Origin: Octopus sinensis
Lineage: Eukaryota
Reading direction: 5' to 3'
Assembly: GCF_006345805.1 (NCBI RefSeq)
Contig: NW_021835992.1
Coordinates: forward strand, 124,001-188,000
DNA: 64,000 bases
The notes beneath the pieces are model-generated. The model was not told the DNA's origin and made no database searches. It was given only the letters and a program-made list of their open reading frames with translations. Both the position numbers and the translations under genes were made by a program. Positions 12,139 through 25,876 of this stretch are shown in pieces. Every line of letters begins with the position of its first letter. The first letter of the stretch is position 1.

Positions 12139-13823
12139 ATGTGTGTCTTGATGGACATTGAATCAAGCAAATGCAACATGATGGGAATTAATGACACAAA
12201 AGCAGGAATGGAAGGACTGGACCGTGACAAAATAAACGAAATTATTATGGAAGCCTCGCGGGGGTCAATCAACCAACAGGAGAGAGAACAGTCCATACAA
12301 GAACGAGTTAATAAACTAACTTAACCGAGGAAATGATTCAAAAAGGCACCAATTCGGCAGATTTGGTCATCCAGAAAATCAAGGAAAATGCAGACTTATC
12401 TCGCACATTTCTCCACATCGACCTGGACTCATTTTTTGCGTCAGTGGAATTGCTGGACCGTCCTGATTTGGCCGACAAGCCAGTGGGGAGTACATCAATG
12501 TTGGCCACGTCCAATTACATTGCAAGAAGGTTTGGTGTGCGTGCTGGGATGGCTGGATTCATTGGACGCAGACTTTGTCCCGATTTGGTCATCATTCCCT
12601 CCAATCACTCCAAATATACTCAAATTAGTCATCGAATTAGAACTATTATCGCCACCTATGACAGGGACTTTCATGCGGGCAGTCTGGACGAGGCTCTTCT
12701 CTCACTCGACTCCCATCTGCAAGCCCGTCTACAATCAACTCCCCAAGATCGCACATTTCTGGAAGCCACTCTCAATGCAGGCGGCTGTTCGTGTCACCTT
12801 CCTATGAATAAACTGACAAGTCAGTCTCTCCATGCTCAAACAATGACTTTGGTGGATTCCACGACGTGTCAGATTTGTTCGCTTGTCATCGAAGGGGACC
12901 GAATTTGGAGGACATTTGGCACAGGCGTGGAGGATGTGGCCCAAGAACTTCGTTTCCGGATCAAACAACACACTCGGCTGACAGGCTCAGTGGGAGTAGC
13001 CCACAATTCAATGCTGGCCAAAATATGCAGTGAAATAAATAAACCGAACGGGCAGTATATTTTGGACAAGTCAAGCATTTCCTCAATTGGAGAATTCATG
13101 GCTGAAATGCCAGTTTTGAAAGTGCCTGGAATTGGGAAAGTGACGACTGTCCTTCTCAATGCGATTGGAGTTTGGACATGTGGGGATATTCTCAGTCAGA
13201 GAGGACTACTGACTTGTCTGTTCAAGTCCGTGGAATATTTTCTAAGTGCGGCCATTGGCCTGACCAAGTGTCGCCTAAATATAAGTCAGCAAAAGTCGAT
13301 TAGTGTTGAGCGGACATTTCCCTCGACTGGTAGTCTGAATTATCTTGTATCCAAATGTGGATATCTCGCCTGTATTCTACACGAGGAATTGATTAAGGAA
13401 GATTTCGAAACACGGGGATTGTCCATCAAACTCAAGACTGACAAATTCAAAATATCGACTCATTCGCTTCTAATTCACTCCTACACTCAAAATCTATCAG
13501 TAATAAGTACTGCGTGTATTGGACTTGTCAAAAGACAGTTGTCGTCTTCTCGATTTGCTGGAAGGTCTTTTCGATTGTTGGGAATTCGTGCCTATCGATT
13601 AAGACCTGCAACTTCTCAGAATTATATTGACAGATTTACTGTGGTTGGATGTGTCAATACCTGTTGTTGTGCATGCTGTGGTTCTGCTAAAAGGCAAAAT
13701 ATAAAAACTCAGATGCAGCCGCCAATCAAAAATCAGAAGAAAAAAAGTAATAAAAAGCAAAAACGGGATAAGCACACCTCCAAAATTACTGACTATTTTT
13801 TAAAGAATAAACATTTTGTGTAA
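12139..13823 (+). CDS. POLK: DNA polymerase kappa (Y-family); frame break near 12320, possibly a pseudogene
   Basis: MGINDTKAGMEGLDRDKINEIIMEAS N-clasp, HIDLDSFFASVE, STSMLATSNYIARRFGVRAGM, SLDEA, NKPNGQY, KVPGIGKVT, KSISVERTF, RLLGIR. Confidence 0.88.
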
Positions 13824-14239
13824 TAAAACTAGTAGTATCACGTGTTTTTAATTCTTCGATTCAAGTATTCAATGAAATAAGGAAACACACTTTTCAGTGA
13901 TTAATTGGTGTTTTGCTGTGGTAATCAAATATGGTCCCAAAACTAATTGATTAAATATAGCGCAGGAGATTCACGATTAGGGCTTTGCTTGGCTAAAGAG
14001 ATTCTATCAATAAGATATTAGTTTTTCAGCTAAAAAGGTAATATTTTCACAAAATTAGAAACGAGACTTTAAACCTGATAAATATTTTTTTAAATGCTAC
14101 AAAAAATGAGAAAAATTTAAGTCTAGAACTTCAATCAATGTTAATCAAACTTTGTTTTTTTATTCAAGAAAGAAAATAGTCATTTATGTTCGGAACAAAA
14201 TTCAAGCATTACAACCTCAGCGCTTTCCCCTCGTCTTTA

Positions 14240-14480
14240 TCCGGACAAAGAGGCTTTGCCTCTCGGTTTGGAAGTATGCGCATTGCACCCATGAGGCTGC
14301 AAGAGCACGGTTGATAAAAAGGATTTACACTCTCTTTCTTGCCGACCCAGAGCCGGATGATTTTGTCTCGGATTGTCTAGGTACCGGAGTTCGCTTCGAT
14401 CTACAAACAAACAGATTTCGACCGAAGTGATGATAAGAGACTGAAAAAATGACAAATCTTCCATTCTGTGAAGGCCCGAC
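14240..14480 (-). mobile_element. Degenerate RLE-type non-LTR retrotransposon 3' fragment
   Basis: Broken frames resembling the C-terminal helix of R2/NeSL-like endonucleases (INRALAASWVQC-like); weak. Confidence 0.3.
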
Positions 14481-15856
14481 ACTCTATTACATGCACGGGT
14501 ATGTTACCCGAACTTCTCCATACACCACTTTTTTGCTCTCGTCGTATTAAAAACCTCCACTGCTATTTTTATGAGGTCGTCAACGTTATCTAGTCGAATT
14601 GCAGTTTTTTATAATTCCCGATTGTCCTTGATTAGGACCTCAAAACCACTGGAAAGTGCTTTAATAAAAGATTTCGCCATGTTACGAAACAGAAAAACAA
14701 ATAAAATTAAATCAGCCATCAATACCAGTCTATTTCCTTTGATTTTAATTTAGGATAAGAAAATTATAGATTTTGTTTGAAATGCCGACTTTATTTAGTC
14801 GAAACGTTTCAATTCAAGTATGAATTCTTCCGATATTATTTAGACATTGACGTTCAAAAAAGGCAGGAGTTAACTTCAAATGTAATTGTATGAGAATTCT
14901 GTGTAAATGCCAAAACGAATATAATTCAAGTACATAGTCCAACTGTAATATAGTGTGCAGATATGTACAAACAGAGCAACATGAACAGCTATTTCGATAC
15001 TAAACAAGATTGGGGAAATGATTCAAGTCAGTCTTACTTTGAGGGATGAAATCGGGGTGGAGTTAATAGAAATGAGCAACACTTTCAAGATGATTGGGAT
15101 TTTTACTGGTTGGCTCCTCAAAAAATCGGGTTTTTAATCAATTACCTATATACAAATTAAAAAAGAAATAAATATCTGCTTATAAAATAAGTAAAGAATT
15201 TTAAAAAGATTCAAATAAGTGAAAAATTTAAAAAACCTTGCCATTTGTGAAAAACCGGGACTGCCTGTTTTAATAATACATGTTGTCAATCGAAATGGAC
15301 ATCACTAATTAACCATAAAGCAAACAAAAAATTCACCGAAAGCATCATCAAAACTAACTGCGATCTATAAAAATGAGTAGTTCGCCTCTGAGTCGTGCCT
15401 GACAAAACTCTTATCTTATTGAAACAACTACTTGCCCCTGTGAGGATTGGAATCTGCCTACCATCGGTCAAACATAAATGCCAATGAGTTCTGCTTTATT
15501 ATTGTGGAACTACCACTCTTTTGTATACTTCACCTAACTGGACGCTTTCATAGTTACTCTGCACTGCTGGATTCCACTCACAGCGGAAACCTCAAGGATC
15601 TTTGCAGAAAATGGCAAAAGACCAAATCGAATAAACTTTCTAACGACAAAAAGTTATAATCACAGAGGGAAATTGAGAGGAGTTCTTGACTCTATAAGCA
15701 TTAAAGCAGAACGAATGGTTTCACACATTCTTAGAGATTTTGAGCAGAAGGGCACTCACTGTTTGAGAAAATAAGGAATCCAATAAGCAATATAAAAATA
15801 AAATATAGAATACCACTATGGGGAATTCTGTCAATCAAAAGTACAAGAAACAAAAA

Positions 15857-15928
15857 GGTCCCATAGTGTAGTGGTTATCACATCGGACTCTGAATCCGGT
15901 AACCCGAGTTCGAATCTCGGTGGGACCT
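15857..15928 (+). tRNA. tRNA-Gln (anticodon CTG)
   Basis: GGTCCCA/TGGGACC acceptor stem, TAGTGTAGTGG A-box, TCGGA-CTCTGAA-TCCGG anticodon arm, GTTCGAATC T-loop; downstream T-run. Confidence 0.97.
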
Positions 15929-16299
15929 GTATTTATTTTTTTTTATTCTGAAAAACAGTTTAATGAACACAACAAAGTAAATAACTACAAGTTAATTAAT
16001 AAAAGCTTCATGGACGGGAAGCCGACGCGATCGAGTATTTAATTTCAAATATTTATTTTTAAGCTAAGCTATTGCTTAATGTTGATTATAATGTTACATA
16101 CTTATTGGAAAGAACATTATGATGAGGAATATTATTGGGAAGGAGTCTCAGCCAACCGAGGACTCGATGAGTATCAATGGTAGAAGACGTCATGGGATTG
16201 CCTTTATCAAGGCTTATAAAAATCGCGAATAACCAGGGGCGTGGTGAAATTGGCTCATGAGATCCCGAAAGGTCGGACATTACTTAATTGGATAACCTA

Positions 16300-18360
16300 A
16301 CATAAACTATGTTTTAAAATTTATTTAAATAAAACTTTAAATAAAATAACACAATTCCGAATAAAATAGTATTAAAAGACCCTTCAGCCTTCGGAGTCCA
16401 CTCTACGAGCTCCACTATCTTCCCGATCTATCATCCCAGGGCCCACACTTCCGTCAATTTTAAGTCGTTTCGATCCATCCAGAAAAGGAACATGGTAGGC
16501 ATCCTCGACAAGTCGACGCACCGCGATCTTTCGGTCACCGATCCCGTTAGCTTCCTCGTATTTTGAGAATACCTCCTCAACCCGGGCTTCATAATCCATT
16601 TGCGTAAGACCTCTTCGAAAGTCCAGCACAATGCTCTCCATCGTACGCTTAAGCACAATTGATTGCATATAAACAATCAGATGTTCCCTCACTCTGATCG
16701 AGTCCAAATATTTTTTAAAATATTTAGACACAATGCCATCCCATGTAAGGACAACAGGAATTATATTCACTTTGGCCTTGTGAATCAGGGATAATTCATT
16801 AGCGAGTAAATCATATTTTTTTAACTTTTCAAGTTCTACTCGCTGTAAATTATCTTGAGAAGTAACTCCCACTTCCACAATCCAAATTACGTTCTTTTTT
16901 TATCATATACTAATAAATCAGGTTTGTTATAACGAACGGTAGAATCAGTCTCGATTCGAGTGTCCACCCGTATCTCAACTCTTTCATTCGATATAACCTC
17001 CTGCACCGAGTGTGTCTTCAACCTTTTTTATTCTTGATATTGTTCCTTTACTTGTGTTGTACTTTTTCATTAGTTGCCTCTCAGATAAATTTTTCTTCAA
17101 AATTTCTTTAGCAATCTTCAATTTAGTTTCGTAATCCATAACCACAACATAAAAATATAAATTGAAAATAAAACAAAAAATAATTAATTTATTATAATTT
17201 TATTTTATTTTTAATTCCTTATAAATGATTTTATGGTGCCCCAAAAAATTCCATAATTTTTTATCGATTTTATTTTTTTTCTGCCAAAATGTACTTTTGG
17301 AATAAAGTGCCCCAAATTGCGGGGGTGCCCCAAAATCCGAGGGTGCCCCACCCCTGGGGTCTGCCCCATTTTGGGGTCGGACTGTATAATAATTATAAAT
17401 CGATAGTGCATATTCATTAACTGATTTGAAGAAATTTCCAGAATTTAGCTTTGTATTAGCAAGCTTCTTAATCCTTGCAATTGCTTCAAGACATCCATCA
17501 CTTCATTACTCTTCATTTCACTAGATTTGTTTTCAATGATTCCAAGGTAGCGATATCCTTGCAATCCATCCAATACATATGCTTCATCACCCAATGCCAT
17601 CGAATTTGTTGCAGACTTTTCGAAGTTCTTCAACTTATACAGTGACGGCATGCATGTTATGGGCCTCAAGTCCTTTGGAGAAGTCGGATTCTTACACTTT
17701 GGAACCAAATAGGTTACCCCAGTATAAAACCACTCTCCAGGGTAGTAATTATTTCCAATAATCCTCATTATTTCTGCATAAATAAATTTGTGAAGACAAT
17801 CAAGCTTCTTGATGAAGTAATTAAATACTCCATCACACCCAGCTGCCTTCCAATTGGGTAGAAATTTAATAACATCCATTAACAACTCCTCATTAATCTT
17901 AATCGGATCATTCTCAACTCCAGTAATTCTTCGGAGAAGCGGATAATCACCGTTTAAGACATTTTTAGGTTTCCATACACTCTCCCAGAATTCAGCACAC
18001 TCTTCCTCATCAATATTTTGGATAGTAACTGGCTCTTCAGATTCAAGGTTCCTGTAAAACCTTCTTCGGTTTAGCTCAAAGTTCATATTATCACAACGGA
18101 ACTTCCTCCCCGACTTAAATAATTCCTTCCGTTTTTCCACAATCTTGATCATTTAGTTCGCTCATTCCGAACTTTCCTGTACCCAAATGATGATAATGCA
18201 TTTGCCGCCTTTGGTTTTTCCTCCTTGGTCAGCTTTTTTTCAAAGAATTTTGTAATAAGTTCTAGTTTTTCCTTCAGTTCGCAAATAATCTTATCAAAAG
18301 AGTCCACTGGGTCTTTCTTAGCAGGGTTCCTCATAGTCAACTTCTCATAAGCCACTTGGG
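16300..18360 (-). mobile_element. Degenerate, internally deleted R4-clade retrotransposon related to the 49105-52733 element
   Basis: FELNRRRFYRNL, KAAGCDGVFNY, DLRPITCMPSLYKL, YRYLGIIE; RLE end NKPD..EVGVTSQD..KYDLLANEL. Confidence 0.85.
17030..17384 (-). mobile_element. 5' arm of pogo/Tigger-like DNA transposon inserted in the R4 copy
   Basis: Terminus TA|CAGTCCGACCCC with repeated subterminal TGGGGCAC motifs, then CENP-B/psq-type HTH start MDYETKLKIAKEILKKNLSERQLMKKYNTSKGTISRI; right arm missing. Confidence 0.6.
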
Positions 18361-18462
18361 CTGATATATTATGACACAGTCGGATAAATGGACACGCGAA
18401 TAAATGGACACCTGGCTTAAAAATATTTAAAAAATATATAAATAGTTATTTTATACATCAAT

Positions 18463-19600
18463 CTGCTTCCAAGGCCCGGATAACCTTACAGAAGTCCGGC
18501 ACCTTCATTCTAAAATTCAGATCGCCCGAGGATGCTGCTGCTTTCAAGGCAGAGCTGTCTCAATCGAATATGTTTGGCGAAGGCGGCCATAAACTTGCCT
18601 CAGTAGCTGAGAAGGCCTCAGTCTTGGTCCTTAAAGGAATCCCTCATTGGATCTCGACAGAGGATCTTAACCTCCACTTGAGAGAAAGTCTAGAATCGGA
18701 CTTCAAGTTCGAAAGATTCTCTCGCAATGGAACCGACATGCCTATCGGCAGACTCACGCTGGATTCCAGAGCCGAGGCCAACACCCTCATCCGCTTTGGA
18801 ATAACTGCGGGCTTCAGCCATATCCGCTGCGAATGGCACAAGCCCTCAGCAACGAGATGCTTCCGTTGCAATCAGTTGGACATACGTCCTACAGATGCTC
18901 CGAAAAACTCCGTTGTCTCCTCTGCGGTAAAGAACACAGGCACCAAAACTGCCTGAGTTCCAAGCCGACACCGAATGTCCCAGCTGCAAAAACTTGCATT
19001 AATTGCAAGAACACTGGGCACTTGGCGTGCTACGGTGGATGTCCGTCTGCCAAAGCAGCAACAGCAGCCTCAAGGGTTGCGAAGAGCCCACAGACTAAAA
19101 GCCCAGTACGCTGGGTAAAAGCCGAACCGATAAAATCAGTCTGGACAAAAGGGTCTTCCCCAAGTCCGTCTAAAGTCGATGTCTCTATTCAGACGTCGCC
19201 GGCCCCCAGCACACTCACAAGCGCGGAGTCAAACACTAATGAGTGCCATAACTCAGAAGTGGTCCGCTCGGCTGTCCCTCATAAGAGGAGAAAAACCCAC
19301 CGTGACAAAGCTTTGTCACAAAGAATAGCCCACTCGGAGCAGGTCATACTCAACAGAGATGCCCTACTGGAGTGCTTCCGCGATTATGTAGGAGCCCTGA
19401 AGATATCTGGAGTGGATATGAATATGCTGCAAGAGCTCTTGCTAGAAGCGAGCAATTCAGCAACATAGCCACTATTAACTCTGGCTCACGACAGATGAAT
19501 TGGACGCAAGCTCAGAAGAGTTCAGTTGCCTTGGCATCAGTCTCGTCCTTTCACCGTCCTTAATTCCTGTCACTTTCTCTTTCTCGGTTAATTACAATAA
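18463..19600 (+). mobile_element. gag-like ORF1 of an I/Jockey-group LINE with three CCHC knuckles; no adjacent ORF2
   Basis: RRM-like region, then CFRCNQ(L)GHTSYRC, CLLCGKEHRHQNC, CINCKNTGHLAC (one frameshift near 18880); stop 19468, short 3' region with AATAAA. Confidence 0.72.
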
Positions 19601-19701
19601 ACTAAATTCAATTCATGGGTATTTGTCAATTTATAAATTTTTTGATTGATCGCATCTAGAAATTGAGTGGTCGCTCGCTGCGCTCGGAAATGCCCAGCGC
19701 C

Positions 19702-21318
19702 TGTGACATATTATGTCACCGGTTTTATAGCCCACCGAAATCTAAAAATCATCAGAAAATAATTAACTTTGATTTTCTTCTTTTTTATTAGTTTTTATAT
19801 TTCTGCCTGTTGCATAAATCACACATCATTCATTTGTGCTTTACATTTTTAAAATAAATAAAATTTTATCTATATTTAATAGGAGTCAATAAAAAATAAG
19901 AATTAATTCATTTAAAAAAATCAAATTTTTAATCAAATTTTTTTTAATCTACTTAAATGCACGTTTGATACTGTTTCTCCATTATCTTTATTAATAGTAC
20001 ACGTAGTTTCAAATTTTTATGAAACTGTGTACTTATTTATATCCAGTTCGTCATATAATGGGTATCTACGGTTACCAGGGTTATCATCCCTGTCGTGTTT
20101 CAGCAGCACTGTATCTCCAATTTCAATGTCTTCTGCGTCATATTTCCACTTACGACGTTTTTTCATTTTCTCTCCAGCTTTAACAAGGTTTTCATGCACT
20201 TGTTTCTCAGTTCTTTTATCGTCATTTTTAAAATAATTCGAATTTGACTCATCACTTAAATATGAATTTTGAATCATTTTTTTTGGCGAGGAGTGTAGTT
20301 CTGGATTTGTTCCGTCGAACATTAACAATGCATTTATTTGATCTTCTGTTCTCCTTGAACTCTTTTCCATTGTCTGTTTGCAAGATAAACGGGGATCGGA
20401 TTGAAAAGGAAATCTTGTTTAACTTTCTTGTTTTTTATCAAAATATTTATTTCTTAAAAGAAAACAGAGAGACAAGAGAGTTAACAAGAGGACTTCCCCG
20501 CCTCGTAGATGGAGAAACAGTTTCCACGTACAATGGCAAGGGAAATCCTCTTGCGAGAAATCAGACGACCAGCTTTTTGAGGAAAATGAGTGACCTGTCA
20601 CCGATTACGCCTGAGGTATCAACGGCGATCGGGGTAAACAGATAGCGTTCCAAGAAATCGAGAGATTGGTGTACTTTGAAATCTTTAATTCTTCTGCTCT
20701 GCTTTCTTGTTATTTCTTCAGCTGATTTCGTTTTTGCAAGTTTTACCACTGCAAATTTGGAAAAGGAGTCGATTACAACAACCAACTAAGACTTATTCAA
20801 AAAAGACCCATCCATAATTGCTGTTAAGGTTTGAATATCTCCTTAGATCCACTAAATCTGCAATCAATAAGTTTTAACTTTAGCTCACTTTCTTCTAGAG
20901 TAAAAAAACGCAGTTTTTTATTTCTGACTTTTATATACGTTTTTTCAGGAACTTTGAAGCAAAAACGATTTTTAAGCGTCCTGAGCCTTCTCCTTTTCTC
21001 TTTATCGTATATAGTAGTGGTGTCATCAAAATTTTTTATTTCATTAAGTTGGTTTGTCGTTAATTTCAAAAGAACCATATTCTAATTGAACTTAATTGAA
21101 CAACCCTACTTATTTTCACAGTTTTTAAACTTTATTAATAAAAAGTTATAGTCTTCACGCTAAAATATTTAAAAAAAAGAACAATAAATTATTAAAATAA
21201 TTAAGAAAATCATTTTTTCCAATGAAATTAAATATATGAAAAATATTATTATTATAAAATATGGCAGTAGGTGGGTTATCCAACCCAGTGGGCTATAAAA
21301 CCGGTGACATAATATGTC
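19702..21318 (-). mobile_element. Ginger/TDD-like integrase DNA transposon, internally deleted
   Basis: 31-bp perfect inverted repeat GACATATTATGTCACCGGTTTTATAGCCCAC (19705-19735 / 21288-21318), TG start at 19702; integrase fragment VVIDSFSKFAVV and C-terminal IGDTVLLK..RYPLY. Confidence 0.7.
20440..20685 (-). mobile_element. CRE-clade 3' fragment inserted in the Ginger-like element
   Basis: FTPIAVDTSGVIG..FLKKL and QRISLAIVRGN-like motifs matching the 1-726 element. Confidence 0.68.
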
Positions 21319-21760
21319 CTAGATTTCGTCAATACAGGTCGGGGGATTAGTCGCTGTAAACTCAGCAACTACTTTGTTCAATCCAGACATTATGCATTCA
21401 TCCACGTATGAGTGTGAGATCTTCTTCGTTGGCCTTCTCTCAGTCCGGTCCGACTTGTTCACGCAACTGTAAGCATTGACAAATTCCTCCTTGCATCGTT
21501 TAACCAGGGAAGGCTCAAAAAATGGCAACAAATAGACCATCCGCCTCTCGGAACACGTTTGAACCGACTCTTCACTGACTCCAGAACTGCATGCGCCCAT
21601 TGTGATTGATCACTCTTCTTGATAGAAGAGAGAAGACCTCGGAGAGAATGGATCCTCTGGCTTACATGACGCATCGCTCCACCAACTGTGTCGACCGAGT
21701 CTTCAACCGTTTGTAAAGGGTTATGATCTGATATTTCGGTAGAGCAGTCCGTATTTCCAC
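21319..21760 (-). mobile_element. Degenerate retroelement fragment (probably CRE N-terminal region)
   Basis: Broken frames with FKRVPRGG motif; abuts and may truncate the right Ginger-like TIR. Confidence 0.4.
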
Positions 21761-22215
21761 AAATTGATAGAGAATTTCATTCCAGCGACATGCACTACAA
21801 GAATCAATAAAATAAATCTCCTATGTTTTAATATTCTTAATTATAAAAATTGATTTCTAACTAATCCATGTCAACCTTTCGAGCGTTTAACCAGCCGCAC
21901 GACAACAAAAAGAAAAATAAAATAGGAGACACTAATGAGGACCCTTATTCGGAATTATTTCGAATAATTAACCACTTTGTTCTCTTTCTTGCTATTAAGA
22001 AGTCGTGTGGCTACTAGTACAAGCAAATCTTAAACACTAACGTGCTTGTGGCAACGCGATATATTATCCAAGAAAAAGAAAGTTTTGTTTTAAATTAAAG
22101 CGTAAAAGCTAGTTTTTTTGCAATGATGTTATTTCTGTAACAAAAATAAAGAACATTATTTTAGAGTAAAAGTGATTTTCTTTTATAATTTTCCTATTTA
22201 ACCAAGACGAATTAA

Positions 22216-23720
<1,505 letters not shown>

Positions 23721-23988
23721 TGATTGAAACCCAACAAATTACCTATTATAATTATTTATATAATCCCACATTTTTCAATTTTAATTAAATTAAAAATATA
23801 GTTTATTTTAATAAATATTATTAATATTTAAAACTACATATTTATACGAGAATCCAATTTGCAAATTTTATAAGTAAAAATAATTTACTAAAATATCTTT
23901 TAAAAATATTTTTTTAATTATGTAGACTTTATTAAAACTTATCGTAAATGTATAAAAATAATTTATAACGGCATTGTATCTTGTGGTG

Positions 23989-24235
23989 ATGGATATTTCA
24001 GATTTGGGTTTCGATGAAGATGACAATTTCGAGGATTTTCCAATAAAAGGTTTGGAAACAATTTTATTATCAAGAATGGGACGACTCCCAGGATCATTTG
24101 GCTATGAGTGCATGGAATATCGACTGGGACGAAGATATTATTGAGGCAGACTTTTCCCAAGATTTAAAGTTGTTTCCCATTAATCAATTCAGAAATGAAA
24201 TTGATAAAGTAATGAACAATAAAATGGATTCATAA
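23989..24235 (+). CDS. SEM1: SEM1/DSS1 26S proteasome lid / BRCA2-associated acidic peptide (absent from ORF track)
   Basis: Removing introns 24050-24074 (25 nt) and 24169-24192 (24 nt) gives MDISDLGFDEDDNFEDFPIKEWDDSQDHLAMSAWNIDWDEDIIEADFSQDLKNEIDKVMNNKMDS*. Confidence 0.9.
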
Positions 24236-24419
24236 TCTTTAATTTTAGTTTCTAACCTTAGCTTCTTGTTTTAATGTTGAGATTTTTTACTCAAAAATGT
24301 CTTTAAGTACAAAAGTTTAAAGCTCAGGGTGATCAATGTATGGAATTTTTCTTTGATTATTTTTTAATAATTAGTTTATTGTAAATCTTGTTTGACATTG
24401 TTATGTGTTTATTCTGGAA

Positions 24420-24960
24420 CTAAAAAACAGTGTTTGAAAGATGAAAAGAGAGTGTTTCAAAAAAGCAATTAAAATCTGAATTTTTGAGATTCGAATATTT
24501 TTCAACTGCGATCGATGAAACAGTCGACGTTATTGGAATTGCACAATTAGCAATCTTTTTCCGGGTTGTGATCGAGATTTTAATATTTATGAAGGATTTG
24601 ATTTAAGGAAGCTTGTATGTTTGTGCACCGATGGTGCTCCTAAATGGCTGGACGACATGCAGGAGTTGCTACTAAATTGCAATGCAGATACTGTAATAAA
24701 TTTTTCCAATTATGAAAGAAAACTGAATTTGTTGATTCAGGAATTTTAAGAAAAATGCAATTTTTTCTTGTCTTTTGAAGAGGAATTTTCATTATTCACA
24801 GCAATATTTGAATGGAAGTGTCCTAAATGTCTTGCGCACTGTGCGACAGTCAAACCTCCGGCACGCAATACTCTCATTCCACCTGACAAATTTTTGTCGC
24901 TACTCTCGGAATTCCGGAGTGACCGGAGATCCTTGCCAAAACAGCAATAATTTGCGTTGC
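24420..24960 (+). mobile_element. Degenerate hAT transposase fragments related to the 45752-53870 element
   Basis: Nucleotide similarity to the reverse complement of 46240-47100 (AIDETVDV motif, CTDGA motif). Confidence 0.7.
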
Positions 24961-25049
24961 TGATACTCTATTCAACATAATATCAGGTTTTAGTAGTGAT
25001 GGTGAAAATTATTTTCGTTTCCTACTGTTTGTCCGGGTGCGGCCCTCCG

Positions 25050-25600
25050 GAAAACGGCGGCAGTAAATCGGATATCTGTGGCTCAGCAGATTAAAGATCA
25101 ATGTAGCACCTTCCTAACGCAACTTTCGACTTACTTTTGGTTACGTCAGACCGCCCATCAAGCATCAAGTCCCACAAACCTCACAAACACAATCAACATC
25201 TAGCGCAATTAGTTAACAGCAAAATGATGCAGGGCGATGTCTCGGATGCTGTTTGCTTAATCTCATCCATGGCGACCACGCTTACCCAACGTCATCGACG
25301 GGTTCCCTGTTAGACAACGAAACATGCAGAGGTACGGTGGATGTGAAAGGCCTTCATCTCCTCTCCTGCCGCCGGAGCACAAGCCGCTCGTCTCACCATG
25401 GAGCAATCAACGACGTAATCTCAAGACCACTAAATAGCTTCCCCAATGTGCTAGAACCAGCCGGGTTGGACAGAGGGGACGGCAAACGCCCGGATAGGAT
25501 GACCACGTTCCCATTCCATTACTGTCATCTGCTTCTTCTTCCGGCTCTGGGCTATAACTCCTGGCCCGTCGCGCTCGCAGATCGAACTTGCCGCGCACTT
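25050..25600 (+). mobile_element. Degenerate CRE-clade retrotransposon pieces
   Basis: GLHLLSCRR..HGAINDVI..LEPAGLDRGDGKRPD. Confidence 0.7.
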
Positions 25601-25876
25601 CCTGACGTTGTTATTTTGATTATTAAAGTAACGAAAGTTTACCATAATTATTTTTTTGTATGAATATAGATTAGAATTACAAGATTACAACCGATATCAA
25701 CGGCTGCTATGATCATCACCATTATGGTAGTAAAAACAGAACACACGATTAATTTATCTTTGAAACATCTTTAATATAAAATTTATATCAAAAAACCATG
25801 ATTTTTAAGTATCGGGGAGTAAGTAATAGGTCTGCTGGAGTTTTCAGATGTGGGCGGAATACTGTAATATACACAG

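Noticed and set aside
9534-13823. POLK co-retroposed head-to-head with the RTE as another twin-priming product
   Set aside because: The RTE has its own candidate TSD and POLK has no poly(A) tract or shared TSD
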